Positions 51,589 to 60,760 of a DNA stretch of 64,000 nt are shown piece by piece (the first letter of the stretch is position 1; each line of letters begins with the position of its first letter). Made by a program: the position numbers and the translations under genes. Source of the DNA: Spirochaetia bacterium (GTDB lineage: Bacteria; Spirochaetota; Spirochaetia; DSM-16054; Sediminispirochaetaceae). The notes beneath the pieces were generated by a model. The model was given only the letters and a program-made list of their open reading frames with translations, ran no database searches and was not told where the DNA came from. The stretch is from the NCBI GenBank assembly GCA_034520965.1, contig JAXHMY010000003.1, positions 96,001 to 160,000 on the forward strand, read 5' to 3'.

Positions 51589-52572
51589 ATGAGCGTATAT
51601 ATTCGATCGATTGGTGCGTACGTACCTGAAAGACGTGTAAGCAACGATGAACTAGCCCAGACCGTAGATACATCCGATGAATGGATCCAATCACATACCG
51701 GAATACAAGCCCGTCATATTTGCAGCGACCAGGAGTCCACCAGCGATCTGGCGGTACATGCCGGTCGGCAGGCAATGGAGAGGGCCGGTATAGGTCCGGA
51801 CGAGATTGACCTAGTAATACTTGCCACCGCCTCACCGGACTTTCTCGGTTTTCCTTCAACCTCTTCTATCATCCAGGATAAATTGGAGCTGCCTAATTCG
51901 GGGGCCTTTGATCTGGTTGCCGGCTGCACCGGCTTTGTGTACGGACTGGAAACCGGACGAGCGATGATTGCCGCCGGCAGTGCCCGTAATGTGCTGTTGA
52001 TTGGAGCCGAGACCCTCTCGCGCATTACGAACTGGGAAGATCGCAACACCTGTGTATTATTTGGCGATGGAGCCGGAGCTGTGGTACTTTCCCAATCCCC
52101 TGATCCGGAGCGAGGCATTATCGATTCAATTCTGGGCTCAGAAGGAAAGGGTGCCGAACATCTCATTCGCCGGGCCGGGGGCTCACGCGAACCTTATACC
52201 GCCGGTAAAACTCCCGAAGAGAATCTGTATATTCAGATGAATGGGCGACAGGTTTATAACTTTGCAGTTCGTGTGAACACTGAAATTATAAAATCGCTCC
52301 TGGAACGAAACGAAATGGAGTATGAAGAGCTAAATTGGATCGTTCCCCACCAGGCGAACATTCGTATTATTCAAGCAGCAGCCAATCGGCTTAAGATGCC
52401 TATAGAGAAATTCTTTACCAATATCCATGAATATGCCAATACATCCGCCGCATCCATCCCAATCGCTTTAAATGAGATGTACGAAAATGACAAATTGTCT
52501 GCCGGTGATTATGTTTTGCTAACCGGCTTTGGTGCCGGGCTTACCTATGGAGGAAATTTGCTGCGTTGGTAG
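51589..52572 (+). CDS. fabH: 3-oxoacyl-ACP synthase III
   Basis: AGCTGF, LFGDGAGA, PHQAN, NTSAAS, GFGAGL; start MSVYI after AGGAGG; promoter TTGAAA-17-TATCTT at 51531-51559. Confidence 0.95.
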   Translation: MSVYIRSIGAYVPERRVSNDELAQTVDTSDEWIQSHTGIQARHICSDQESTSDLAVHAGRQAMERAGIGPDEIDLVILATASPDFLGFPSTSSIIQDKLELPNSGAFDLVAGCTGFVYGLETGRAMIAAGSARNVLLIGAETLSRITNWEDRNTCVLFGDGAGAVVLSQSPDPERGIIDSILGSEGKGAEHLIRRAGGSREPYTAGKTPEENLYIQMNGRQVYNFAVRVNTEIIKSLLERNEMEYEELNWIVPHQANIRIIQAAANRLKMPIEKFFTNIHEYANTSAASIPIALNEMYENDKLSAGDYVLLTGFGAGLTYGGNLLRW

Positions 52573-52627
52573 GCTGATGATAGGCCGTTAAGACAGTGCG
52601 GTCAAGGAAGGCTTTTTTTTTGACCTC

Positions 52628-52667
52628 GATTTCGGCCGTTGACCGATACCATCTAATTCGATAAGGT
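52628..52667 (+). promoter_or_regulatory. fabD operon promoter overlapped by second copy of operator
   Basis: GATTTCGGCCGTTGACCGATAC containing TTGACC-N17-TAAGGT. Confidence 0.6.
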
Positions 52668-52694
52668 GTCTATAAGTACATAAGGAGGAAGAAT

Positions 52695-53639
52695 ATGCAG
52701 CTATGTTTTCTTTACCCCGGCCAGGGAGCACAGTACCCAGGTATGGGAAAAGATCTCTTCCAGGCAAGTACCGCAGTTAAAGAGCTGTTCGCCCTTGCCT
52801 CAGAGGCCTGCGGATGCGATACAGAAGCGCTCCTGTTTGATTCTAATGAAGATGAACTAAAACAGACTCAAAATACCCAGATTGCTATAACTTTAATGAA
52901 CCTGTCGGTACGGCGTTATCTGCTGGAGCACGGTATTGAATCCGACGGTGCTGCAGGTTTCAGCCTCGGAGAATGGTCGGCCTACGTTGATGCCGGGGTG
53001 TTCTCCGAACAGGAAGTATTCCCCATTGTAATGGAACGGGGACGGCTTATGGCCCAGGCCTCTGAAGACCTACAGTCCGGCGGCGCCCAGAGCGCCCAGA
53101 GCGGAATGGCTGCAGTTATCGGACTGCCCTCTGAAAAGGTAGACGAAGTTCTTTCGGCTGTCGAAGGGGCCTTTCCTGCCAATTATAACTCAAGCGAACA
53201 AACGGTAATCTCCGGAGATGCAGGTGCCATTGAAAGGGCATCCGATCTACTGAAAACCGCCGGGGCAAGAAGGGTAATTCCCCTGAAAGTATCAGGGCCT
53301 TTCCACACCCCCCTTCTCTTGCAGGCCGGGAGCGGTTTCGAAAAATTCCTGCATAATTATACCTTGCAGGACCCCAAAAAACCGCTGTATTCCAACGTGA
53401 TCGGCAGTAGCTTGAAAAGTTCAACCGACGTGTTCAGCAACGCTGTATTGCAAATCTCTTCCCCCGTACTCTGGACCCGTGAAGAAGCTGAAATTGCAGA
53501 CGGCGGATATACCATGTGTGTCGAGGCCGGCCCCGGTAAAGTGCTTACCGGCCTGTGGAAAAAGTCCGGACACAGCATCGAATGCCGGCCGGCCGGCAGC
53601 CTCGAGAAGCTTGATGAATTGATAGGAGAACTAGTATGA
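52695..53639 (+). CDS. fabD: Malonyl-CoA:ACP transacylase
   Basis: PGQGAQ, GFSLGE, VSGPFH, GPGKVL. Confidence 0.93.
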   Translation: MQLCFLYPGQGAQYPGMGKDLFQASTAVKELFALASEACGCDTEALLFDSNEDELKQTQNTQIAITLMNLSVRRYLLEHGIESDGAAGFSLGEWSAYVDAGVFSEQEVFPIVMERGRLMAQASEDLQSGGAQSAQSGMAAVIGLPSEKVDEVLSAVEGAFPANYNSSEQTVISGDAGAIERASDLLKTAGARRVIPLKVSGPFHTPLLLQAGSGFEKFLHNYTLQDPKKPLYSNVIGSSLKSSTDVFSNAVLQISSPVLWTREEAEIADGGYTMCVEAGPGKVLTGLWKKSGHSIECRPAGSLEKLDELIGELV

Positions 53640-54379
53640 ACTTTACAGGAAAAACTGTAGTTATAACCGGCGGATCACGTGGTATCGGCGAGGCCATTGG
53701 CGAGTCATTTGTTGAAGCCGGTGCACAGGTACATGTCCTCAGCCGCACAGAAAGCAGCCGTGCCGCGGAATTGCAGGAAAATGCAAAAACCGCCGGCGGC
53801 GTATATACCTGGCACGCCGCCGATATTACCGATCGTCCCGCCTTGGAAGAAGTACTCGACTCGATTTTGAAAGAGGAAGATGGAATTGATGTGCTGATAA
53901 ACAACGCCGGCATAACCCGTGACGGATTGTTAATGCGTATGAAAGACGAGGATTGGGATGCGGTTCTGCACACGAACCTCTCTTCTGTGTATACCGCCTG
54001 TAAGAAGGTAATACGTCCAATGTTGAAGGCACGCAGTGGAACCATCATCAATATCAGTTCGGTGGTCGGGATTATGGGAAATGCAGGGCAGACCAACTAC
54101 AGTGCTTCAAAGGCCGGACTGCTCGGTTTTACCAAAAGCCTGGCCCGAGAAGTTGCCTCCAGGGGAATACGGGTAAATGCAGTTGCTCCCGGGTACATAG
54201 AAACATCTATGACTGAGAAACTAAACGATGAGGCACGGACTGCCCTTGCCGAACAAATACCTTTAGGTCGAACGGGAAAACCCGCCGAGATAGCCTCTGC
54301 AGTTCTCTTTCTAGCCTCAGATGCCTCCGCCTACATTACCGGCCAGACGCTGGTTGTCGATGGCGGACTTGCAATGTAA
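53636..54379 (+). CDS. fabG: 3-oxoacyl-ACP reductase
   Basis: [21 protein letters not shown]. Confidence 0.95.
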   Translation: MNFTGKTVVITGGSRGIGEAIGESFVEAGAQVHVLSRTESSRAAELQENAKTAGGVYTWHAADITDRPALEEVLDSILKEEDGIDVLINNAGITRDGLLMRMKDEDWDAVLHTNLSSVYTACKKVIRPMLKARSGTIINISSVVGIMGNAGQTNYSASKAGLLGFTKSLAREVASRGIRVNAVAPGYIETSMTEKLNDEARTALAEQIPLGRTGKPAEIASAVLFLASDASAYITGQTLVVDGGLAM

Positions 54380-54412
54380 GATACAAGGGCAAGATATCAA
54401 CAGGAGATAACA

Positions 54413-55657
54413 ATGAATAGACGAGTAGTAATAACCGGTACAGGGGCGGTTACTCCCCTGGGACATACAGTAGATGAGTTTTGGAACAACATCAAAGCGG
54501 GCAAATCGGGCATCGGCCCCATCACTCGCCTTGACCCCACGGAGTATGCCTCGAAAATTGCGGGAGAGGTACGCGACTTTAACCCCGGCGATTTTATTGA
54601 TAAAAAAGACGCCCGCAAAATGGCACTGTTTAGCCAGTATGCAGTAGTGGCTGCAGTGCAGGCCATGCAGCAGGCAGGCCTTGAGGCTGATAAAGTCGAC
54701 TCGGAGCGCGCCGGGGTAATTCTGGGAAATGGCATTGGGGGGTTTGAGATTATTGAAGAGGGGCATCGAACCCTATTCGATAAGGGACCCCGTCGGGTTC
54801 CGCCCATGACCATTCCAAAAATAATCAGCAACGAAGGTCCCGGGCATATAGCAATTAAGTACGGTTTCCACGGTCCCTGTTACACCGTAGTTACTGCTTG
54901 CGCATCCGGAACCGATGCTATAGGGCAGGCTATGCGCGCCATTCAATACGGACAAACGGATGTAATGGTAACCGGGGGTACGGAAGGCTGTATAACAGGA
55001 TTAGGAGTATCGGGGTTTACCGCCCTAAAGGCACTTTCAACTCAGTACAACGACACTCCGGAAACTGCAAGCCGCCCCTTCGACAAGAACCGTGATGGTT
55101 TTGTAATTGCAGAAGGAGCAGGAATCCTCGTGCTTGAAGAACTTGAACATGCAAAGAGCCGCGGTGCGAACATTCTGGCGGAGGTTGCCGGTTATGGTAC
55201 CACCTGTGATGCATACCACTTGACCGCACCGGACCCAGAAGGTAATGGTGCGGCCAGAGCCATGAAGATGGCCCTTGACGACGCCGGTATGCAGCCCGAA
55301 GATATTGATTACATCAATGCCCACGGCACCAGCACTCCAACTAACGATCCGATTGAGACCGCCGCTATAAAGACAGCCTTCGGAGACCATGCCTATAAAG
55401 TAAAGGTCTCTTCCACTAAGTCCATGACCGGACATATGGTGGGTGCCGCCGGTGGGATTGAAGCAATAGTCGGAGTATTGGCTATCCGTAACAGTTTTAT
55501 TCCTGCTACTATAAACCTCGAAGAACCGGATGAAAAATGTGATCTGGATTATGTGCCCAATAAGGGCTTAGACGCCAAAGTTCGAGCGGTAATATCAAAC
55601 TCCCTCGGTTTTGGCGGCCATAATGGGGTAATCCTGATTAAGGAGTATTCTGTATGA
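54413..55657 (+). CDS. fabF: 3-oxoacyl-ACP synthase II
   Basis: TACASG, AHGTST, KSMTGH, GFGGHN. Confidence 0.95.
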   Translation: MNRRVVITGTGAVTPLGHTVDEFWNNIKAGKSGIGPITRLDPTEYASKIAGEVRDFNPGDFIDKKDARKMALFSQYAVVAAVQAMQQAGLEADKVDSERAGVILGNGIGGFEIIEEGHRTLFDKGPRRVPPMTIPKIISNEGPGHIAIKYGFHGPCYTVVTACASGTDAIGQAMRAIQYGQTDVMVTGGTEGCITGLGVSGFTALKALSTQYNDTPETASRPFDKNRDGFVIAEGAGILVLEELEHAKSRGANILAEVAGYGTTCDAYHLTAPDPEGNGAARAMKMALDDAGMQPEDIDYINAHGTSTPTNDPIETAAIKTAFGDHAYKVKVSSTKSMTGHMVGAAGGIEAIVGVLAIRNSFIPATINLEEPDEKCDLDYVPNKGLDAKVRAVISNSLGFGGHNGVILIKEYSV

Positions 55658-56079
55658 GCGAAATAGAGAAGTATATTCCCCATCGTGAGCCTTTCCTGCT
55701 GGTAGATTCGCTGGAATCATACGACGCTGAACGAATTGTGGGAAAAAAGCTGTTCAGCGAAGAGATGGTCTTTTTTGCAGGCCATTTTCCCGGATATCCG
55801 GTTGTTCCCGGGGTGCTGCTTATAGAATCAATGGCCCAGTGCGGCGGAGCCGGAGTAAATGCCCAGGGAACCCTTGGTGATGCCCTGTTTTTTCTGGCTA
55901 GCGTAGAAAAGGCAAAGTTCCGACGCCAGGTAAAACCAAACGAAGAAGTTCGATTCGAAATAGAAAACCTCAGAGTAACCTCCAGAACCCTTAAACAGAA
56001 GGGGAAGGCCTTTGTGGGAGAAGAACTAGCAGCCGAAGCCGAATGGCTTTGTCTGGTAGATACATCGCAACAAAAGTAG
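55654..56079 (+). CDS. fabZ: 3-hydroxyacyl-ACP dehydratase
   Basis: PHREPFLLVD, GHFPGYPVVPGVLLIESMAQ. Confidence 0.95.
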   Translation: MSEIEKYIPHREPFLLVDSLESYDAERIVGKKLFSEEMVFFAGHFPGYPVVPGVLLIESMAQCGGAGVNAQGTLGDALFFLASVEKAKFRRQVKPNEEVRFEIENLRVTSRTLKQKGKAFVGEELAAEAEWLCLVDTSQQK

Positions 56080-56092
56080 AAGGAAGGTATTA

Positions 56093-57346
56093 ATGATATC
56101 ACCAAAAATTCGCGGCGGCATCTGCATGAACGCCCATCCGGTCGGCTGCGCACGCGAGGTGCAGCTGCAGAAAGACTTTATTGAAAAGATTGATTTTTCT
56201 GCTGATTCGGCTCCGGATACCTCTCCGCCGACGGCCCAGACCGAAAAAACCGGCCGGCCTAGCAGTCAGGGGCCAAAAACAGTACTGATAATCGGCGGTT
56301 CCACCGGATATGGATTAGCCTCTAGAATAGTAGGCGCCTTCGGATATGGTGCGGAAACTATCAGTGTTTCCTTCGAGAGAGAACCCGGCGATAAGCGTCC
56401 GGCAACCGCCGGATGGTACAACACTCGCGCTTTTGACAAGCTGGCCGAAAAAGAGGGACTTGCCTCTTTCAGTTATAATGCAGATGCGTTTTCCCACGAG
56501 ACTCGCGAGAAAATCGGTTCCCTGCTGAAGGAGAGAGGCAAGAAAATTGATCTACTGGTATACAGCCTAGCCTCGGGAGTTCGACCCGACCCTGATACCG
56601 GAGAGGTGTACCGTTCGACACTTAAGCCTCTCGACAAAACCTACACTACCCGTTCGGTTGATTTTATGTCCGGTGCAATTTCGAAAGTGAGCCTTGAACC
56701 GGCCACCCAGGCAGAGATCGATTCCACGGTTAAGGTTATGGGCGGAGAAGATTGGCAGCTGTGGGTTGACTATCTGCAGCAGAATGAACTGGTAGATCAG
56801 GGTTTTCAAACTGTCGCCTACTCCTACATCGGTCCGGAGATAACCCATCCGATTTACCGTTCCGGTACTATCGGAAAAGCGAAGGAACACCTTGAGAATA
56901 CCGCGCATTATCTAAACTCGCAACTCGAAAGTATCAAAGGGGCGGCGTACGTCTCGATTAATAAAGCGGTAGTTACCCGTGCCAGTGCGGTGATTCCGGC
57001 GGTACCCCTTTATATCTCCTTATTGTTTTCGGTTATGAAAGAACAAGGGCTGCATGAGGGCTGTATTGAACAGATGGTTCGTCTCTACCGCAGGCGCCTG
57101 TACAGCGGATCGGAAATACCTACCGACAAGGCTGGTCGTATTCGGCTTGACGATTTTGAAATGAAGCCCGAAATTCAAAAGGAGGTTGAACAACGCTGGA
57201 AAAAGGTAACTGAGGAGAATCTTGACAGCCTCGGCGATATGGAAGGTTTCCGCAGCGACTTCCTCCGCATTCACGGTTTTCGGGTACCCGGAATCAACTA
57301 TGAGGATGAAGTGAATTTTTCTGATGTTCCGCTTCCCTCTGACTGA
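56093..57346 (+). CDS. fabV: Enoyl-ACP/trans-2-enoyl-CoA reductase FabV
   Basis: AHPVGC, STGYGLASRI, YSLAS, VMGGEDW, SYIGP...Y..GTIGKAK, HEGCIEQ. Confidence 0.93.
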   Translation: MISPKIRGGICMNAHPVGCAREVQLQKDFIEKIDFSADSAPDTSPPTAQTEKTGRPSSQGPKTVLIIGGSTGYGLASRIVGAFGYGAETISVSFEREPGDKRPATAGWYNTRAFDKLAEKEGLASFSYNADAFSHETREKIGSLLKERGKKIDLLVYSLASGVRPDPDTGEVYRSTLKPLDKTYTTRSVDFMSGAISKVSLEPATQAEIDSTVKVMGGEDWQLWVDYLQQNELVDQGFQTVAYSYIGPEITHPIYRSGTIGKAKEHLENTAHYLNSQLESIKGAAYVSINKAVVTRASAVIPAVPLYISLLFSVMKEQGLHEGCIEQMVRLYRRRLYSGSEIPTDKAGRIRLDDFEMKPEIQKEVEQRWKKVTEENLDSLGDMEGFRSDFLRIHGFRVPGINYEDEVNFSDVPLPSD

Positions 57347-57449
57347 AAAACAACTGACGACCAACAGCAGCCTATCGAAGCCGGCGCTTACATCCGACGC
57401 AATTAAGTGCTCCGACTAAAGCTTAAAAACAGGGTTAGTTCGAATTTAA

Positions 57450-58052
57450 CTAACCTTGTTTATTAAAACGAACAATCATATGCAGAACTGCAGGTTTACC
57501 GGACTTATTATAGATTGCATGGTCTACATCACAGTGGTAATTGATAAAATCTCCGGTGGAAATTTCAGTGTTGTTCGCACCCGCCTGTACTTCGACAGTT
57601 CCTTCAATAATACTTAGAAATTCCTCGGTCTGTGGAAAATGAGGTTCAGATTCCAGTTTCCCGCCGCTATCGATGGTCAGCAGGTACATCTCGAGGTCTT
57701 CGACCATGGAGAAAGGTGAGAGCACCCGGATGTGAACCCGCCCCTCTTCGGCATCAATAGTGGTAATATCATCTTTTCGGCTGACATTAAACTTTTTTTC
57801 GATATCGTCACTGCCCTTTAGCAGCACGTCGATGTCTACATTCAGTCCATTTGCAATTTTCCACAAAGTAACAACCGTAGGATTAACCTTATCAGTTTCG
57901 ATCTGTGAGAGCATTGCCTTTGAAACTCCACTTCGAGCCGAGAGGTGGCCGAGGGTCATGTTGAGCTTTCGCCGGATTTCTTGAATATTGCGCCCAATCT
58001 GAAAGGGCGCCCGTTCATTCTTATCGCTTCTGTATTTTACGCTTCCATCCAT
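57450..58052 (-). CDS. XRE-family HTH + cupin transcriptional regulator (PuuR/SutR-like)
   Basis: SGVSKAMLSQIE...NPTV..LWKIA; cupin PH...EE, DH.IYN; start uncertain. Confidence 0.88.
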   Translation of the reverse strand: MDGSVKYRSDKNERAPFQIGRNIQEIRRKLNMTLGHLSARSGVSKAMLSQIETDKVNPTVVTLWKIANGLNVDIDVLLKGSDDIEKKFNVSRKDDITTIDAEEGRVHIRVLSPFSMVEDLEMYLLTIDSGGKLESEPHFPQTEEFLSIIEGTVEVQAGANNTEISTGDFINYHCDVDHAIYNKSGKPAVLHMIVRFNKQG

Positions 58053-58081
58053 TTGACAGGTACAATCTCGTTCAATATAAT
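58053..58081 (+). promoter_or_regulatory. Consensus sigma-70 promoter of trmJ
   Basis: TTGACA-N17-TATAAT, perfect consensus. Confidence 0.8.
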
Positions 58082-58118
58082 AAACAACCTTACACATTGT
58101 ACCCTTTAGAGAGAAGTA

Positions 58119-58859
58119 ATGTCAAGAAAAATGGAAATGGAATTAGACCGCTTTCAAGTAGTATTGGTAGAACCGGAGACTTCCGGCAATGTCGGGGCAG
58201 TCTGTCGGGCAATGAAAACCATGGGGTTTTCACGGTTAGTAATTGTAGGTCGGACTCCGGATTATTTCAACCTCGATCAGGTAAGGACTTTTGGGCTGCG
58301 CGCCCAGGAGCTGTTTGATAAGGCCCTGTTTGTGCCTAGCCTGCCCGAAGCCTTGGCAGGCAGTATACTCGGTGCCGGTATAACACGGCGTCGCGGTAAA
58401 TACCGAAAATACTTCTCCCTGCTTCCGGAACAGCTGGCGGAGCATGTTTCACATATGCAATCAGGTACTGTCTCATTGGTCTTTGGGCGTGAATCCGACG
58501 GACTGACCGATAAAGAACTGTCCTACTGTAATGTTGCAGTACACATACCTTCATCTGAACAGTTTCCCTCTCTTAATCTTTCCCATGCGGTACAGATTAT
58601 CACCTATACCCTTTCCCGTGAATATCGCCCGCCAATGCAGAGGTTTCAGTCCATTGATCAACAGCGGCTGTCCGAGCTGAGTCAGATAGTCACCGATTCA
58701 TTTAATGAGATAGGCTTTTTTAAGCAGAATGAGAAGAATGAGGTAGGAAGGTTTTTCAAAGATATATTCAGTCGTTCGGGTTTGTCGGAAAGTGAAGCAG
58801 CCCGCTTAATTAAAATGTTTCGTAAAATGGCAGGGCTTACGAGACATCGGCCTCGCTAA
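58119..58859 (+). CDS. trmJ: tRNA (C32/U32) 2'-O-methyltransferase TrmJ-like (SPOUT)
   Basis: GNVGAVCRAMKTMG, VFGRESDGL, SLNLSHAVQI. Confidence 0.85.
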   Translation: MSRKMEMELDRFQVVLVEPETSGNVGAVCRAMKTMGFSRLVIVGRTPDYFNLDQVRTFGLRAQELFDKALFVPSLPEALAGSILGAGITRRRGKYRKYFSLLPEQLAEHVSHMQSGTVSLVFGRESDGLTDKELSYCNVAVHIPSSEQFPSLNLSHAVQIITYTLSREYRPPMQRFQSIDQQRLSELSQIVTDSFNEIGFFKQNEKNEVGRFFKDIFSRSGLSESEAARLIKMFRKMAGLTRHRPR

Positions 58860-60570
58860 GCTCGGTCAACTCGGCAGCCTTCTGCTGGAATTCGAAAATG
58901 CATGCCTGAATTGAATAAAACACCATTGGAAATAAGAAGTTGTAAAAATAGGTCCGTTGGTAAACCCGTTTTTCTCGATAGGTGTTCTCATACTCCATCC
59001 ATTCCCGTATGCTGTCCATATGCTGATCGTAGCTGGTAAAATCAAAATCGGGACGCTCCGGCAGTTGGTCAACCTTGACGGTATCCTGAACCCTTCCGAT
59101 CAATTCGAACAGATTGTAAATGCTGTAGTCGTTAAAAATAGCCTCATGAGCTGCCTCAGTGTCGCCGTTGTGTTCGCTTAAAATCCGCTCATACAAACTG
59201 GGAAGAATCGTCTTTAAAATCTCATGTTTTCGTATATAAATACCGCGGCGGGTAAACACAGACTCAAGCCCATTGATTACAAACCGGTTACCTCGATAGT
59301 ACTTGAGCATATCGAGTATCCGCTGAGCTCCTTCCTTCCCCTTATTTATTAATAAGTCTACCTGATTCATAATAGCTTCAGGAAGCCCGGGGTTTACCTG
59401 CACACTATAGGTATTAAACATGGCATTATGTTTATCCTTAAGTGTTACTTTTCCAAATTTAAAAAGCTCGTCCATGGTGATGTGTTTAAAGCTTCCAAAT
59501 AACGCCTCTGCCTCACGCTTAAAGCGTTTGTAATACTCGTCAACAGTACCGTTCTGCTTAAGAACATCATAAAAACCCTCTGAAATACGAAAGCCGCCCA
59601 CCGGAGCGGTTGACTCCATACGTTTAGCTTTAATTACCGGAACTCCGATTACATCCCACTGTTTAGCACCTTCCGGACCAAAATTACCTACCGTCACCTC
59701 GCCTATGTTCGCCCCGATTCTTACCCGAATTTGGAAAAAAGCGTTGATTGACGGGGAAAGCTCATTACTGGTACGCAGGGTTCTTATAATTTCAAAGGCC
59801 TTGGATATCGAACTTCGAGTACCAGGCTCCTCGTTATAAAGGAAACGGTCGTTGGCTTGATTAAACAAAAAGGCCACACGCTGCATCTCTACACAGGTAT
59901 AGAAAAGCTCCCGGGCAATGTATCGCTCCTGCTGATCTCGATCCATATCATGGACATTTGGATCCAGGGTACCGCCGAAATGGAACATCAGGCTGTCACC
60001 CTCAATTTTATTCAAATACCCCCCATGGCGGTTTAACACAAAATCAAAGGCAGCATACAGACCGTTTAAAACAGTTTGGTTTTCGTTTGGACTAAGAAAT
60101 TTAGACAGGAAAGTGTAATCGGCAATATCGATAAAACCAATTCCTACAAACTGCTCGGCTGTACTGGTAGGAATTTCACCCTTTTCAAGAATGGCGTTAA
60201 TCAGCTGCTTCGGCAGATAGTACTCTTCAATTCGCTTTCGAAAACTAATTTCTTCTGAGGCACGCTGCAGCTCTATAGCTGCATCCCGCTCCTCTACAAA
60301 ATCCCGAATGCGCTGCAACTCCTCAGTTTGCTCGCCTTTATTAACACGGACTTCATTGTCTTTTATGATTTTCCGTAACTCTTCGACCCGTTTATCCTCG
60401 GAATTCAGTAGTCCGTTGTTTCGCAACAACTCACGAAGGTACAAAGCTACATACTCAGGCGCAGTCTTGTATACCTCGGCAACCTCGAGCCCATGGGCAT
60501 AAATACCGTCTAAGGGTAACTGATTCCGCAGGGAAGCTTCATCTAACTGCATCAACAACACTCCAATCAA
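58837..60570 (-). CDS. Class III nucleotide (adenylate-type) cyclase domain protein
   Basis: FIDIADYT, NKIEGD, RVRIGAN.G, WDVIG...A.RMES; likely start MQLDE at 60552. Confidence 0.85.
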   Translation of the reverse strand: MIGVLLMQLDEASLRNQLPLDGIYAHGLEVAEVYKTAPEYVALYLRELLRNNGLLNSEDKRVEELRKIIKDNEVRVNKGEQTEELQRIRDFVEERDAAIELQRASEEISFRKRIEEYYLPKQLINAILEKGEIPTSTAEQFVGIGFIDIADYTFLSKFLSPNENQTVLNGLYAAFDFVLNRHGGYLNKIEGDSLMFHFGGTLDPNVHDMDRDQQERYIARELFYTCVEMQRVAFLFNQANDRFLYNEEPGTRSSISKAFEIIRTLRTSNELSPSINAFFQIRVRIGANIGEVTVGNFGPEGAKQWDVIGVPVIKAKRMESTAPVGGFRISEGFYDVLKQNGTVDEYYKRFKREAEALFGSFKHITMDELFKFGKVTLKDKHNAMFNTYSVQVNPGLPEAIMNQVDLLINKGKEGAQRILDMLKYYRGNRFVINGLESVFTRRGIYIRKHEILKTILPSLYERILSEHNGDTEAAHEAIFNDYSIYNLFELIGRVQDTVKVDQLPERPDFDFTSYDQHMDSIREWMEYENTYREKRVYQRTYFYNFLFPMVFYSIQACIFEFQQKAAELTELSEADVS

Positions 60571-60760
60571 TCTCTGTTAGGGTAATATAACACACAGCAA
60601 AAGATTATTACAGTTTTCCCGTCGTGTCGAGCTGAATTCTGATTTTTCAATACCATCAGTCCTTCTCCCCAGGCCCTTCGAAAATAAAGCTGCAACCATA
60701 ACGCACTTAGAATGGATAGATTTACTGTACAGATTTGCTAAATTATGCTACATAAGTAGT

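Noticed and set aside
53085..53102. 9-bp tandem duplication (AQS-AQS) in fabD
   Set aside because: In-frame two-copy loop insertion, no sign of functional significance
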